Below are positions 12,481 through 24,135 of a stretch of 64,000 nucleotides of DNA, piece after piece; position 1 is the stretch's first letter; each line of letters begins with the position of its first letter. The translations under genes and the position numbers were made by a program. The stretch comes from Zootoca vivipara (taxonomy: Eukaryota): the NCBI RefSeq assembly GCF_963506605.1, contig NC_083288.1, positions 28,644,001 through 28,708,000 of the forward strand, read 5' to 3'. Under the pieces are notes generated by a model. It searched no databases. It was given only the letters and a program-made list of their open reading frames with translations, and was not told the origin of the DNA.

Positions 12481-12757
12481 AAGCAGGTGGATAGATGTGA
12501 GTGTCAACGTAAGCTATAGATTGATGGCATTCAGTAGTAGCTGACCAATATCCACATATTTTCAGAGAAGCATTAGATGGTCATGCAATCTTCCAGATAC
12601 ATATTGAAACAAACTCGATGTAGGACTTTTACTAGCAGGACATAAATTAAGTTGATGCCCTGTGGGAATAAATAATGATACTTGTGCAATTATTTCCATG
12701 ATCTACAATTTTGGGTGATACAGAGGAAAACTCAGAATTCTGCCTTTAAGGTAAGGA
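12255..12757 (+). promoter_or_regulatory. Putative OR promoter and 5' non-coding exon ending in donor AAG|GTAAGG (paralogous blocks end at 8702, 18003, 21749, 25255)
   Basis: Block conserved upstream of five + strand ORs. It has EBF/O-E-like tcccccaagggga (12262), composite cactaatttccctcatgag (12421) and a conserved tttaag|gtaag donor. Confidence 0.6.
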
Positions 12758-13344
12758 GTACATGAAACTCTTCCAGGCAAAATCCTGTTTAAGTTCCTTC
12801 AATAGTACATTTTGCTAACTGCAATGAGACTTACCCCAAGTTAAGTGAGCATAGGATTTCAGCTTTTTCTTTTCTTTTTTTTGAAATGTAGCTCTAAGAA
12901 ACTAAGGCACATACTTCCCTGAAAGCTTTGCACAACCCTTTCCATCCACCCAGTGGCTCAGATTGTGCTGGATTTGTGCTGGATTTGTTTTTGGATTAGA
13001 ACCTCTACCGATTGCTGCACAAATTGACATAAGATTCAATGTGATTTGTAGATTCAATGTGAGAGTAGATATGTATTAGATTGGATTACACTGTAAATGT
13101 GTCAGAGATTTAACTCTAAAAATAGAAGTGAATAGCATGTATCAATGATATCATATTTGGATCACTGTTTTCAGTGTTGTGATGTATCCCAAAACAGAAA
13201 TAGAGAGTTTTGTTTGGTTAAATATGGGTTGGGCACAAATCCCCAGCCTTCTTGCATGTTATTGATATAATCCTATGAATTAAAGTGAATCCAGCATGAA
13301 ATACTCAAGTCTAATTCTTTCTTGATATTGTGTTATTTATATAG

Positions 13345-14298
13345 ATGCAACTGAAAAACAATGATAGAGATGGAAATCAAACAGAGCCCATAATGTTTAT
13401 TCTCTTGGACTTTAATAATGAAGATCTGCGGGTTTTATTTTCCATACTGTTTCTGCCTGTTTACCTTGTGACCATGGCTGGGAACATCCTCATTGTTATT
13501 CTAGTGATTCTCGATCAGCATCTTCACACACCCATGTATTTCTTCCTGGGAAACCTGTCCTGCCTGGAAACCTGCTACAGCTCAACCATCATGCCGAGGA
13601 TGCTGGTCCGTTTTCTGTCTGGGGACAGATCCATTTCTGTTCATGGATGCTTTGCTCAGCTGTATTTCTTCGGGTTTCTTGCTGCTACAGAATGTTACTT
13701 TCTAGCAGTGATGTCTTATGATCGCTACTTAGCAATTTGCAGGCCACTGCATTACGTGATGCTCATGAATGGAAGAATTTGCATCATGCTCATTGCTGGG
13801 TCTTGGATCAGTGGCTCATTGGGTATCAGCATCATAATATTTTTGGTATCTCAGCTGAGATTCTGTGGGCCCAACAAAATCAATCATTTTTTCTGTGATT
13901 TAACCCCTGTGATTAGACTCTCCTGCGACAAGACTGATTTAGTTGAAATGACAGCTTTCATCATCTCCTCTATAGGCACTCTGCCTCCTCTTCTAATAAC
14001 CATATCATCTTATGTTGGCATCATCAAAAGCATTATAAGAATCCCATCTACCACTGGTAAACAAAAGGCATTCTCTACATGCTCTTCTCACTTGACTGTG
14101 GTTGCTTGCTTCTATGGCTCACTGATGATAGTCTATGTCTTACCAAACATGAATTCATTGAGTGACTTGAAGAAACTCTTTTCTCTGTTCTATACTCTGC
14201 TCACCCCACTGGTCAACCCCATTATATACAGTTTGAGGAACAAGGAGGTAAAGGATGCAGCAAAGAAAACTTTCCAGCTGCTTCAGAGAGCTCACTAA
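13345..14298 (+). CDS. Olfactory receptor, class II (OR11/OR6-like), 317 aa, intact
   Basis: LHTPMYFFLGNLS, MSYDRYLAICRPLHY, HFFCD, KAFSTCSSHL, NPIIYSLRNKEV. Acceptor atag|ATG. Confidence 0.97.
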   Translation: MQLKNNDRDGNQTEPIMFILLDFNNEDLRVLFSILFLPVYLVTMAGNILIVILVILDQHLHTPMYFFLGNLSCLETCYSSTIMPRMLVRFLSGDRSISVHGCFAQLYFFGFLAATECYFLAVMSYDRYLAICRPLHYVMLMNGRICIMLIAGSWISGSLGISIIIFLVSQLRFCGPNKINHFFCDLTPVIRLSCDKTDLVEMTAFIISSIGTLPPLLITISSYVGIIKSIIRIPSTTGKQKAFSTCSSHLTVVACFYGSLMIVYVLPNMNSLSDLKKLFSLFYTLLTPLVNPIIYSLRNKEVKDAAKKTFQLLQRAH

Positions 14299-14585
14299 AA
14301 TTCTAGCAAATACGTGGAGGAGACCACTGGTGCTATTGGCTCTATGATGTGAATGTTTTACTGGGACTAATTACGAAGGTAATTAATTAACATATTTTGC
14401 CCCTGCCTTCTTCATCAAAGCAGGAGATTGACCTTGTATTAATTTTATAGCTTAGCTTCATATTGATATTGAGTCCAGCATCAAAAGAAAGGAATTAGAA
14501 ACATGTCACACTGTGGTTGTGATTTACAAGCGAAACCTCGCAGTGCATCATAAAACTATCTAAAATGAAAAGAGGAAGCTGAATC

Positions 14586-14842
14586 ATTTGTGCATCAAGC
14601 CCCGAAACCCACCCCCAGGAAAAAAGACACCAAGGAGACAGAATTTAGTTTAAAGGTTAGGGGAAAAATTTAGCCCACAACTTTATTGAATACACAAGTG
14701 TGGCTGGTATTGGCTTAGGCATTGGTATCTGATGACTTTAACTGTCTCCTGCCCACCCAGCAGGGAGCCTGCGAAGGGTAAACTACCAGCAGAGGGAGCT
14801 CCAACAATGGCTATTGACTGGTGCTCACCCCTGGAGGTCCCA
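14586..14842 (-). mobile_element. Dispersed repeat of the 'aataaagttgtgg / ggcttaggcatt' family (possible YR-retrotransposon terminal repeat)
   Basis: Absent from the paralogous 11230 region. Shares ccacaactttatt and ttggcttaggcattgg with the copies at 16.8, 29.7, 54.1 and 63.4 kb. Confidence 0.7.
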
Positions 14843-16410
14843 AGTGTCTCCTCTGTGTTCATTCTCCTTTGAGATTTTACAAACAGATGGATAGATGTGA
14901 ATGTTAACATAAGCGATAGATTGATGGTATTCAACAACAGTTGACCCATACCCACAAGAGATGCATCCACATTTTCAGAGCAGCACTAGATGGTCACAAA
15001 ATCTCTCTGCAACACTTACCAGCAGATGCCAGGAACTGAACTTGGGATTTCCAGTGTACAACCACTGGACTATGGTCCTCCCCAATATGCAACATATACA
15101 CCTAACTGCAACATTTAAAAAAGTAGCTGTCTTTCAAAATTGCAATGCAGGTCTTTCACCAAGTAATATGTACAAAATAGACATTCATTATTAAACCTAA
15201 GATGGAACTGTTTATTATATTAGGGGAAAGTGCTTTGCAAAAATATGTTATGTCAGAGAAGTTTGCGTGCAAAAATGTGTTTATTTTGAGAGAGTCACAC
15301 TACAATTCTTAAGCATTTTCATCAGTAAATATTATTTGATCTGCTTTTAAAATATAAACTTCATTGGCTACTGAACTTAACAATGGAAAAATGAGAAACT
15401 GAGAGAAACAAAACCTAAATGTTTTGTTCATTCATAGTCACACTGCTGGGGCAGGTGGAGCTGATGAAGATGAAAATCACTATCTCTCTGATCATCTCAT
15501 CATTTTCTGAGTGAAAAGGGAGGAGTAACAATCCTCCTCATGCTATCTGCATGGATTATCTGAAGAGAAGGGCTTTGTGTGTGAGAGTCTGTGTATATGT
15601 TGCAAATATTTTCACTTCCTGAACACATTTTTGCACCCATTTTTGCTGGTTTCAGAGACAATGGAAACCAATGGAAACCCTATAGCTGGTCCTCCTTAGC
15701 CCAATTCAACATTGGGAATAAAAAGCATCTATCTATTTTTTAATAGGCTTGCATATGAGACTGATCCCTACTCCCCATTTCCTGTCCTGAACCAATACTC
15801 TTATGCTTCCTGATATATATAAAGAAAGCATTCATATTGTATGTTTTAATCAATCTTAAACAAAGCTTTAAAAAGTTAGCTTAAACAAATTGTAATCACA
15901 GCAGTGCTGGAATATAAGGTCCCACTGCGTTGGGCAGGCACGTGGGGAAATCCCCCAAGGGGACAAGGCTCAGAGGGAGTCCACTGCAACTTGGTTCGCA
16001 AAGCTATTATGCTCCTCCTCATTACTAGATAACTGGGTGTTTCTTGGAGATCAACAAATCCACCAGTGATTTGCCAGGAAGAAAGGTATGACAGTGCACA
16101 TAGGAGTGCCACTAATTTCCCTCATGAGTTGGGTGTCTTCTCCGTGTTCATTCTCCTTTGAGATTTTACAAGCAGATGGATAAATGTGAATGTTAACATA
16201 AGTGATAGATTGATGGTATTCAGCAACAGTTGACCCATACCCACAAGAGATGTATCCACATTTTCAGAGCAGCACTAGATGGTCACAAAATCTTAGAGAT
16301 ATATATTGAAACATACTGGATGCTACTAGCAAGACATACATTAAGTTGATGCCCTGTGGAAATAAATAAAGATACTTGTGCAATTATTTCCATGATCTAC
16401 AATCAATCAT

Positions 16411-16775
16411 ATAAGAATCCCATCAACCACTGGTAAACAAAAGGCATTCTCTACACATAGCTGCCAAGTTATCCCTTTTTTACAGGGATTTTCCCTTATG
16501 CTGAATAGGCTTCCTCGCGAGAAAAGTGAAAACTTGGCAGCTATGTCTCTACATGCTCCTCTCACCTGATTGTGGTTGCTTGCTTCTATGGTTCGCTGAT
16601 GATAGTCTATCTCTTACCAAACTTAAGTTCATTGAGTGATTTGAAAAAAAAAGTTTTTTCTCTATTCTACACTCTGCTCACCCCACTGGTCAACCCCATG
16701 ATATACATTTAGAGGAACAAGGAGGTAAAGGATGCAGTAAAGAAAACTTTAAAGCTGCTTCAGAGAACTGATTAG
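16411..16775 (+). pseudogene. OR pseudogene, 3' third only (sister of the 18535 gene), MITE-interrupted
   Basis: IRIPSTTGKQKAFST|insert|CSSHLIVVACFYGSLMIVY...KDAVKKNFKAA/LLQRTD-like end, matching 19225-19488. Joined directly to a truncated promoter block. Confidence 0.93.
16456..16545. mobile_element. 90-bp hAT MITE
   Basis: Perfect 15-bp TIR catagctgccaagtt / aacttggcagctatg and perfect 8-bp TSD tctctaca. Confidence 0.95.
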
Positions 16776-16825
16776 AATTCAGGTCAAAAAGTGTGGAGAA
16801 CATTGATAGCATTGGCTTTAATTTA

Positions 16826-17421
16826 GATGTCCTCTGGCCTTGCTTGGGACTTTGGTTGGTTGCCCATCTTGAAACAGGGACTGGGTAGAAATTTTTTTTT
16901 TCCATTTGGCAAATTGGCACTGGCCACTTGGTTTTCACCTACCTCTTAGCAATCGTCACAACTTTGTAAGGTTTAGCGGTTTGGCATTGGCTTATTGTTG
17001 AGTGGGGGGAGGGGAGGTCAGCCATCACCTGCGCCTCCATTGTCCAAGGGTATTCTGTTAAAGGAATCTGGGGACTGGATTCTGTCTGAGGGGCTAGGGC
17101 CATGCCAGGCCTCTGGGAACACCAGGGGAGATGAAGGTGGGTTCCCCCGAAGCAGCTACCTTTTGGGTGGTTTACCCTTACGGACTTCCTGCAAAGGGGC
17201 AGGAGTCCGATATAGTCTTTTGTGAATGCCTTAGCCAATAGCACTCACATTTTCTGTAATCAATAAAGTTGTGGCCAAAATAAGCCAATACCACTCACAT
17301 TTCCTATAATCAATAAAGTAGTGGCTAAAATTTACCCAATAACCTTAAAACAAAAGCCTGCATCTGTGTAAATTTCTTTATTCTAATGGGGGGTTGGCTT
17401 GAGGGCTTTGACACACAACTG
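16826..17421 (+). mobile_element. Dispersed repeat of the 'aataaagttgtggcc' family
   Basis: Reverse-complement similarity to 54084-54600. Tandem duplication of cactcacatt...aataaagt(t/a)gtggc at 17241-17330. Confidence 0.75.
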
Positions 17422-18534
17422 AAACTTTTTTTAAAAGTAGCTGTCTATCAAAATTATCACATCTCCACATTTTGCAGTGCAGGGCTTTCACCAAGTAATA
17501 TGTACACGTGGGGAAATCCCCCCAGGGGACAAGGCACAGAGGGAGACCACTGCGGTTTGGTTCACAAAGCGATTATGCTACTCCTCATTAGTAGATAACT
17601 GTGTTTTTCTTGGATCTCAACAAATCCACCAGTGATTTGCCTGGAAGAAAGCTATGACAGTACATATAGGAGTGCCACTAATTTCCCTCATGATAAGGGT
17701 GTCTTCTCTGTGTTCATTCTCTTTTGACATTTTACAAGCAGATGGATAGATGTGAATGTGATAAGTGATAGATTCATGGTATTCAGCAATAGTCCCATAT
17801 CCAAAGAGATGTATCCACATTTTCAGAGCAGCACTAGATGGCCACGAAATCTTAGAGAGATATATTGAAACATACTGTATGCTACTAGCAAGACATACAT
17901 TAAGTTGATGCCCTGTGGAAATAAATAATGATACTTGTGCAATTATTTCCATGATCTACAATTTTGGGTGATACAGAGGAATCTGGTGAATTTTGGCTTC
18001 AAGGTAAGGGGCACATGAAACCCTTCCAGGCAAAATCCTCTATAGGTGTTTTCAATATTAAATTCTGCTAACTTCATTGAGACTTACCCCGAGTTAAGTC
18101 AGCATAGGATTTCAATTTTTCTTTTCTTTTAAATGTAGTTCTCAGAAACATATACTACTCCGAAAGCTTTACGCAACCCCTCTCATCCAACCAGTGGCTC
18201 TGATTGTGCTAGATTTGTTTTTGGATTAGAATCTCTACCTACCGCTCCACAAATCGACATTGAATTCAATGTGATTTGCTTATGAGTAGATATGTATTGG
18301 ATTGGATTACACTTTCAATGTGTCAGATATTTAATTCTAAGAATAGCAGTGAGTAGCATGTATCAATCATATCATAGTTGAAACATTGTTGTCAGTGTTG
18401 TGATGTAACCCAATATGGGTAATGTACAAACCCCCTGCCTTTTGCATGTCATTGATATTATCCTATGAATTAAAGTGAATCCAGCATGAAATACTCAAGT
18501 CTAATTCTTTCTTGATATTGTCTTATTTATATAG

Positions 18535-19488
18535 ATGCAAGTAAAAAGGAATGATAGAGATGGAAATCAAACAGAGCCCATAATATTTATCCTCTTGGAC
18601 TTCAATAATGAAGATCTGTGGGTTTTATTTTCCATCCTGTTTCTGCCTGTTTACCTTGTGACCATGGCTGGGAACATCCTCATTGTTACTCTAGTGATTC
18701 TTGATCAGCATCTTCACACACCCATGTATTTCTTTCTGGGAAGCCTGTCCTGCCTAGAGACTTGCTACAGCTCAACCATCATGCCGAGGATGCTGGTCAG
18801 TTTTCTGACTGGAGACAGAACTATTTCTATTAAAGGGTGCTTTACACAGCTGTATTTCTTTGGGTCTCTTGCAGCTGCAGAATGTTACTTACTAGCAGTG
18901 ATGTCATATGATCGTTACTTAGCAATTTGCAGGCCACTGCATTACATGATGCTCATGAATGGAAGAATTTGCATCATGCTCATTGCTGGGTCTTGGATCA
19001 GTGGCTTTTTGGGTATGAACATCGTACTATATTTCGTATCTCAGCTGAGATTCTGTGGGCCCAACAAAATCAACACTTTTTTCTGTGATTTATCCCCCAT
19101 GGTAAGACTTTCCTGCAATGACACTGATTTGGTTGAAAAGACTGCCTTCATTGTCTCCTTTATAGCCATACTACCCCCTCTTCTAATAACAGTGTCATCT
19201 TATGTTTGTATTATCAAAAGAATTATAAGAATCCCGTCAACCACTGGTAAACAAAAGGCATTCTCTACATGCTCTTCTCACCTGATTGTGGTTGCTTGCT
19301 TCTATGGTTCACTGATGATAGTCTATGTCTTACCAAACATCAGTTCACTGAGTGACATTAAAAAAGTTTTTTCTCTGTTCTATACTCTGCTCACCCCACT
19401 GGTCAACCCCATTATATACAGTTTGAGGAACAAGGAGGTAAAGGATGCAGTAAAGAAAACTTTCAAGCTGCTTCAGAGAACTGATTAG
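18535..19488 (+). CDS. Olfactory receptor, class II (OR11/OR6-like), 317 aa, intact
   Basis: All OR motifs, with HFFCD changed to TFFCD. Acceptor atag|ATG. Confidence 0.97.
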   Translation: MQVKRNDRDGNQTEPIIFILLDFNNEDLWVLFSILFLPVYLVTMAGNILIVTLVILDQHLHTPMYFFLGSLSCLETCYSSTIMPRMLVSFLTGDRTISIKGCFTQLYFFGSLAAAECYLLAVMSYDRYLAICRPLHYMMLMNGRICIMLIAGSWISGFLGMNIVLYFVSQLRFCGPNKINTFFCDLSPMVRLSCNDTDLVEKTAFIVSFIAILPPLLITVSSYVCIIKRIIRIPSTTGKQKAFSTCSSHLIVVACFYGSLMIVYVLPNISSLSDIKKVFSLFYTLLTPLVNPIIYSLRNKEVKDAVKKTFKLLQRTD

Positions 19489-20084
19489 AATTCAGGTCAT
19501 ATAGTTTGGAGAACATTGATAGCATTGGCTTCACAACATGAATGCTTACAAAAACAGGCTATCAGTGTAATTACTTAATGTATTTTGCCTCTGCCTTGTT
19601 TATCAAGGAAGGAATTTGAAAAACAAAATCTTACTTGACATGAATTTTACAGTTTGGTTTCATATTGGTTTTTGAATGCAGCATTGCTGTGTTTTGCAAT
19701 GAATGGAACAACAATCTCACAGCACGTCACAAAATTTCCCCGAAACAACAAAGGAAGGTGATCAATATGGAGTCCAAAGTTTCAGCCACTATGGTGGTTC
19801 CCAAATATGTAACATATAACTCAAGAATTCTAAATTACTATCCTATGTGATGCTATTCAATCTGGCTTTGGGCAGCTAAGAAATCGGAAGTGTAGGGGCA
19901 TATACAGATTGCTGTTGTCTTTTTGACTGCAGGAAGGATCAATGTGTAATTCCAAGCAAGCAACAAATGCACATCATTTGTTGACAATATTTGTGGTCGG
20001 AAAGGATAAGGTCTGTCAAATGTTTAAAAAGGGGGGAACAATTAGTATGAATAAGAACTTTTAAGTGATTCTGAAATAATCTGG

Positions 20085-20385
20085 TATCTAGTCCAGCATC
20101 CTGTTCTCACGGAGGCCAACCAGATACCTATAGGAAACCAGCAAACAAGATTAAAGCACAACAGCATTCACCTAAACTATGGTTTCCAGCAAGTGGTATT
20201 CAGAAGCATTGCTGTGGAAGGCAGAGCATGAATTTGTCTAATTCTCTTCTAAAGCCCATCCATGTTAGTGGGTATCATTGCATCCTGTGAAAGCAAGTTA
20301 CTACATGCTGCTTAAAGAAGTGGTTTCTTTAATTTCTCCTGAATCTTAAAACATTCAGTTTCATAGGATGTCCACATGGTCTAAT
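20085..20385 (-). mobile_element. Old CR1-type LINE 3' fragment
   Basis: atctagtccagcatcctgttctcacggaggccaaccagat resembles the reverse complement of a lepidosaur CR1 3' UTR. Related + strand pieces at about 44.3-44.5, 56.0-56.15 and 62.2-62.35 kb. Confidence 0.6.
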
Positions 20386-20684
20386 GTCAATAGTACTTCT
20401 TAAAATTAAATTGTAAACTGATGTGGGATTTTGGAAAACTGAAACTATGTCTGGGAAATTGAGAAACTGTGACTGAATTTTTTATAATTTGGCATAATAT
20501 TTGGACTGTTTGATTATTGAATAATATGTATAATTTGGAATATTTAATTTGATTGTTAAAGTGAAAAATTTAATAAATAGTATTTCTTAAAAAAGAATAC
20601 AGTCAAAATATTTAATATGCTTTGATTGGATTGTTAAATGGAAAATTTAATAAATAGTTTTGTTTTGTTTTTTTAAAAAAGAAT

Positions 20685-20821
20685 ACAGTCAAATGTTCGA
20701 CAACCAAAGCGCGGCTTCTGATTGGTTGCAGGAGCTTCCTGCACTCAAGTGGAAGCTGCGTCAGATGTTCGGCTTCCGAAAAAATGAGAAAACCAGAGCA
20801 TTTACATCTGAGGTATGACTG
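20685..20821. mobile_element. Tigger-like MITE fragment
   Basis: ta|cagtca...gaggtatgactg|ta termini. Confidence 0.55.
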
Positions 20822-20824
20822 TAC

Positions 20825-20827
<3 letters not shown>

Positions 20828-20883
<56 letters not shown>
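20828..20883. repeat. (TA)n microsatellite
   Basis: Direct reading. Confidence 0.95.
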
Positions 20884-20885
<2 letters not shown>

Positions 20886-21798
20886 AAGAAACTGTGACTG
20901 AATGATTTATTAATTCCTAGTTATGGTGCTGCAGTAGATAAAACACACCACTGTGAAGGTGGTGGAAACAATTTACTATCTGATAATCAACTCCCTCGTT
21001 CCATGAGCAGAAACAGAGCAATAACTTCCTTCCTCATATTTGCTGCAGGGATTATCTGAAGGAAGAGGCTGTGTGTATTCTATATGCATGTTTGAAGAAT
21101 AGTGTATGGTGATCCCATAGATTTTTCAGGGGGTGGGACATAAATAGTGGCAAGTAAAATAAATAAAAGGCAAATATCTTAAACATGTGGGAGGATCAGT
21201 AGCTTCTGCCTGGTTTGAGCAACCTGGCTTGCATAAAAGATAACAGATCTCACATAGATAGAATCCTGATCTAAATTGGATGATGTGAGTTTTTAACAGA
21301 TTTCTTCATGGTTCCTGACATTAAGGAATTCATTGCAGATTGCCCAAAAGAATATGCCAGAAATCAAAGGGGAATCATTGATTTCCCTTGTGCTTTCTGT
21401 GTTTTCTTCTCCATGTTCCTATCCCAGTGGGATTTTTCAGATTTATAAGTAGAACTGAGAGGTTAATTTATGTTATAGTTTATATTCAGTAAATGGATGG
21501 CACCTCTGAAGAAGGCAGCTATCTACATATTTATTATAACAGAAGATTCCAAAATCTTCAAGAAAACCTTTCAGGTAGATGGATTTTTTTTTGAGGATTC
21601 TCCTTAATAGGACTACTTTACTTCATCATAAATTTGAGGGTTGTTTTGTGCTAAAGAAGCTGTTTGTGCAACGAAGTCCATTATCAAGAATTTTTTTGTA
21701 ATGGGAAAAACAACAGGCAATCAAATTTTGAGGGTATTCTGGCTTTAAGGTAATGACACCTGAAAACTCTTTATCACCTGATTCAGAACCAGACAGAT

Positions 21799-21802
<4 letters not shown>

Positions 21803-21865
<63 letters not shown>

Positions 21866-21866
21866 T
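21803..21866. repeat. Compound (TC)n(AC)n microsatellite next to a short reversed Sauria SINE tail
   Basis: Direct reading, followed by aaaggtaaagg...taagtccagt. Confidence 0.9.
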
Positions 21867-23178
21867 AAAGGTAAAGGATCCTTGACAATTAAGTCCAGTT
21901 CCACAGTTTTCCCACATCTGATTTCCTCAAAAGCAAGAAAATGTATGTATTTGTGGCTACAGAGCTACCTTGGTTTCTGTATAGACACTATGAGTTCTGA
22001 ATTTGAATATCTATCTAGGAAATCACTCACTGGGGACAGGGGAGAATTCAATTTAGTTCATATTTAAAGCTAAATCTATCAAATTAACATGTGGCTATTC
22101 TCCCCAATATTCTCCCCAATTTTATTTTGTTCTAGCAAAGTGTTCTGATGGATTGTCTTCACTGACACATAAAGGAAATAAGCCAAGATGCCACTGAAAT
22201 TTGGAACTCACTTTCTGCTTTATTTTTGCCCCACATTGGGTGGACGATTCTTGCATTGCAGGGGGTTGGACTAGATGACCCCCATGGTCCCAACTAGAAT
22301 CAATTCTATGATTTCTTAGGAGTTTGCAACTCACAATTTCCATGCAGAAGGTTAGCTAGTGCCAAGTGTCTTAATTTACAGAGGTCCATCACCTATCTAT
22401 TTGAAGGACACTCTGGTTCAAGACTTAAGAATAAATGACTGTAAGAAGGGAGGACAGGAACTTTCAAGTTGTCCATGAGCACTTAGCTTCCAGAAAGCAG
22501 ACTGTGCAGAGATACTGGCCACCTGTTGATTCTTTCTCCATTCCTTTCAAAATTACATAGAAATTAGATCATGCAGTTTTAATGGAAATTTAGCTCCCCT
22601 TCTGTTCTCTTCTCTAATGCTGCTTCACTGGCAACCTTAATAGACACCAGTAAAAGAACGCAAAAGCAGCAATGCTACCCTGATTTGGATGCACCTATGC
22701 AAAATGCCCTTTGTGCAGCCCTTTCTTAAAGTGGATATTATTTTCCCCGCCGACCTGCATCATTTCTCATCATTGGTTATGCTGGTGGGGGGAGGGGGGA
22801 GCTGATAAGAATTAGAGTCCAACAACATCTGAACAGCAGACAATGGCTGCTTTGAATTTAGAGCATTGTAAATATCATAGCAGTCTCTCCCCCCCCCCCC
22901 GGCCAAAATGTACACCTTGCACTGTTTAGATGATTGTGTTCACTACTGTGATATACCTAAAATGTGATTGGCTGAATTACATATCCTAAGCATGATTATG
23001 AAGTGTAATATAATTCAATAGAGCTTACACCCTAATAAGTGTGTACAGCAATGCAACCATAATTAAAGATACACTCAAACGTACTTTCATATCTTTGAGC
23101 ATATGCTGAATCAAAACAACTCATGAATCAAATAGTTCAGCCTAAATATTTCTTAATTTTTATTGCAAAAAAAATTAG

Positions 23179-24135
23179 ATGAAGTTAGATGTCAACTCAG
23201 AAGAGGAAAATCAAACAGCTCCTGTGGCATTCATCCTCTTGGACTTTAATAGTGAAGACTTACGGACATTGTTTTCCATACTTTTTCTTCCTATCTACCT
23301 TGTGACCATGGCTGGAAACATTCTCATTATTGTTCTAGTAGTCCTCAATCAGCATCTTCACACACCCATGTATTTCTTCCTGGGAAACCTTTCATGCTTG
23401 GAGACTTGCTACAGCTCAACCATCATGCCAAGGATGCTGGTCAGTTTTCTGACTGGGGACAGAACCATTTCAATTAACGGATGCTTTGCCCAGCTGTATT
23501 TCTTTGGTTATCTCGCAACTACAGAATGTTATTTTCTAGCCGTGATGTCTTACGATCGCTATTTAGCAATTTGCAAACCATTGCATTACGCATTGCTGAT
23601 GAATAGCAGAATTTGCATCACGCTAATCACTGCATCATGGATCGGTGGATCACTCATTATCAGTCTTATAATATTTTTGGTATCCCAACTAACGTTCTGC
23701 GGACCAAATGAAATTAACCATTTCTTCTGTGATTTGATCCCAATGATAAGGCTATCCTGTGATGATACATATTTTGTTGAAATTGCATCATTTATTGTCT
23801 CCTGTATAGGCATCCTGCCTACCTTTCTAATAACACTTACATCTTATGTTTTCATCATCAACAGCATTTTAAGAATCGCATCCACCACTGGTAAACAAAA
23901 GGCATTCTCTACATGTTCCTCTCACCTGACTGTTGTTGCTTGCTTCTATGGCTCCCTGATGATAGTCTATGTCTTACCAAACATGAATTCATTGAGTGAC
24001 TTGAAGAAAGTCTTCTCTCTGTTCTACACATTGCTCACTCCCCTAGTCAACCCCCTTGTATACAGCTTGAGGAACAAAGAAGTGAAGGAAGCCATAAAGA
24101 AAACACTCTTTAAAATGTTCAATAGAATTTATTAA
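23179..24135 (+). CDS. Olfactory receptor, class II (OR11/OR6-like), 318 aa, intact
   Basis: All OR motifs, NQT glycosylation site, ttag|ATG. Confidence 0.97.
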   Translation: MKLDVNSEEENQTAPVAFILLDFNSEDLRTLFSILFLPIYLVTMAGNILIIVLVVLNQHLHTPMYFFLGNLSCLETCYSSTIMPRMLVSFLTGDRTISINGCFAQLYFFGYLATTECYFLAVMSYDRYLAICKPLHYALLMNSRICITLITASWIGGSLIISLIIFLVSQLTFCGPNEINHFFCDLIPMIRLSCDDTYFVEIASFIVSCIGILPTFLITLTSYVFIINSILRIASTTGKQKAFSTCSSHLTVVACFYGSLMIVYVLPNMNSLSDLKKVFSLFYTLLTPLVNPLVYSLRNKEVKEAIKKTLFKMFNRIY

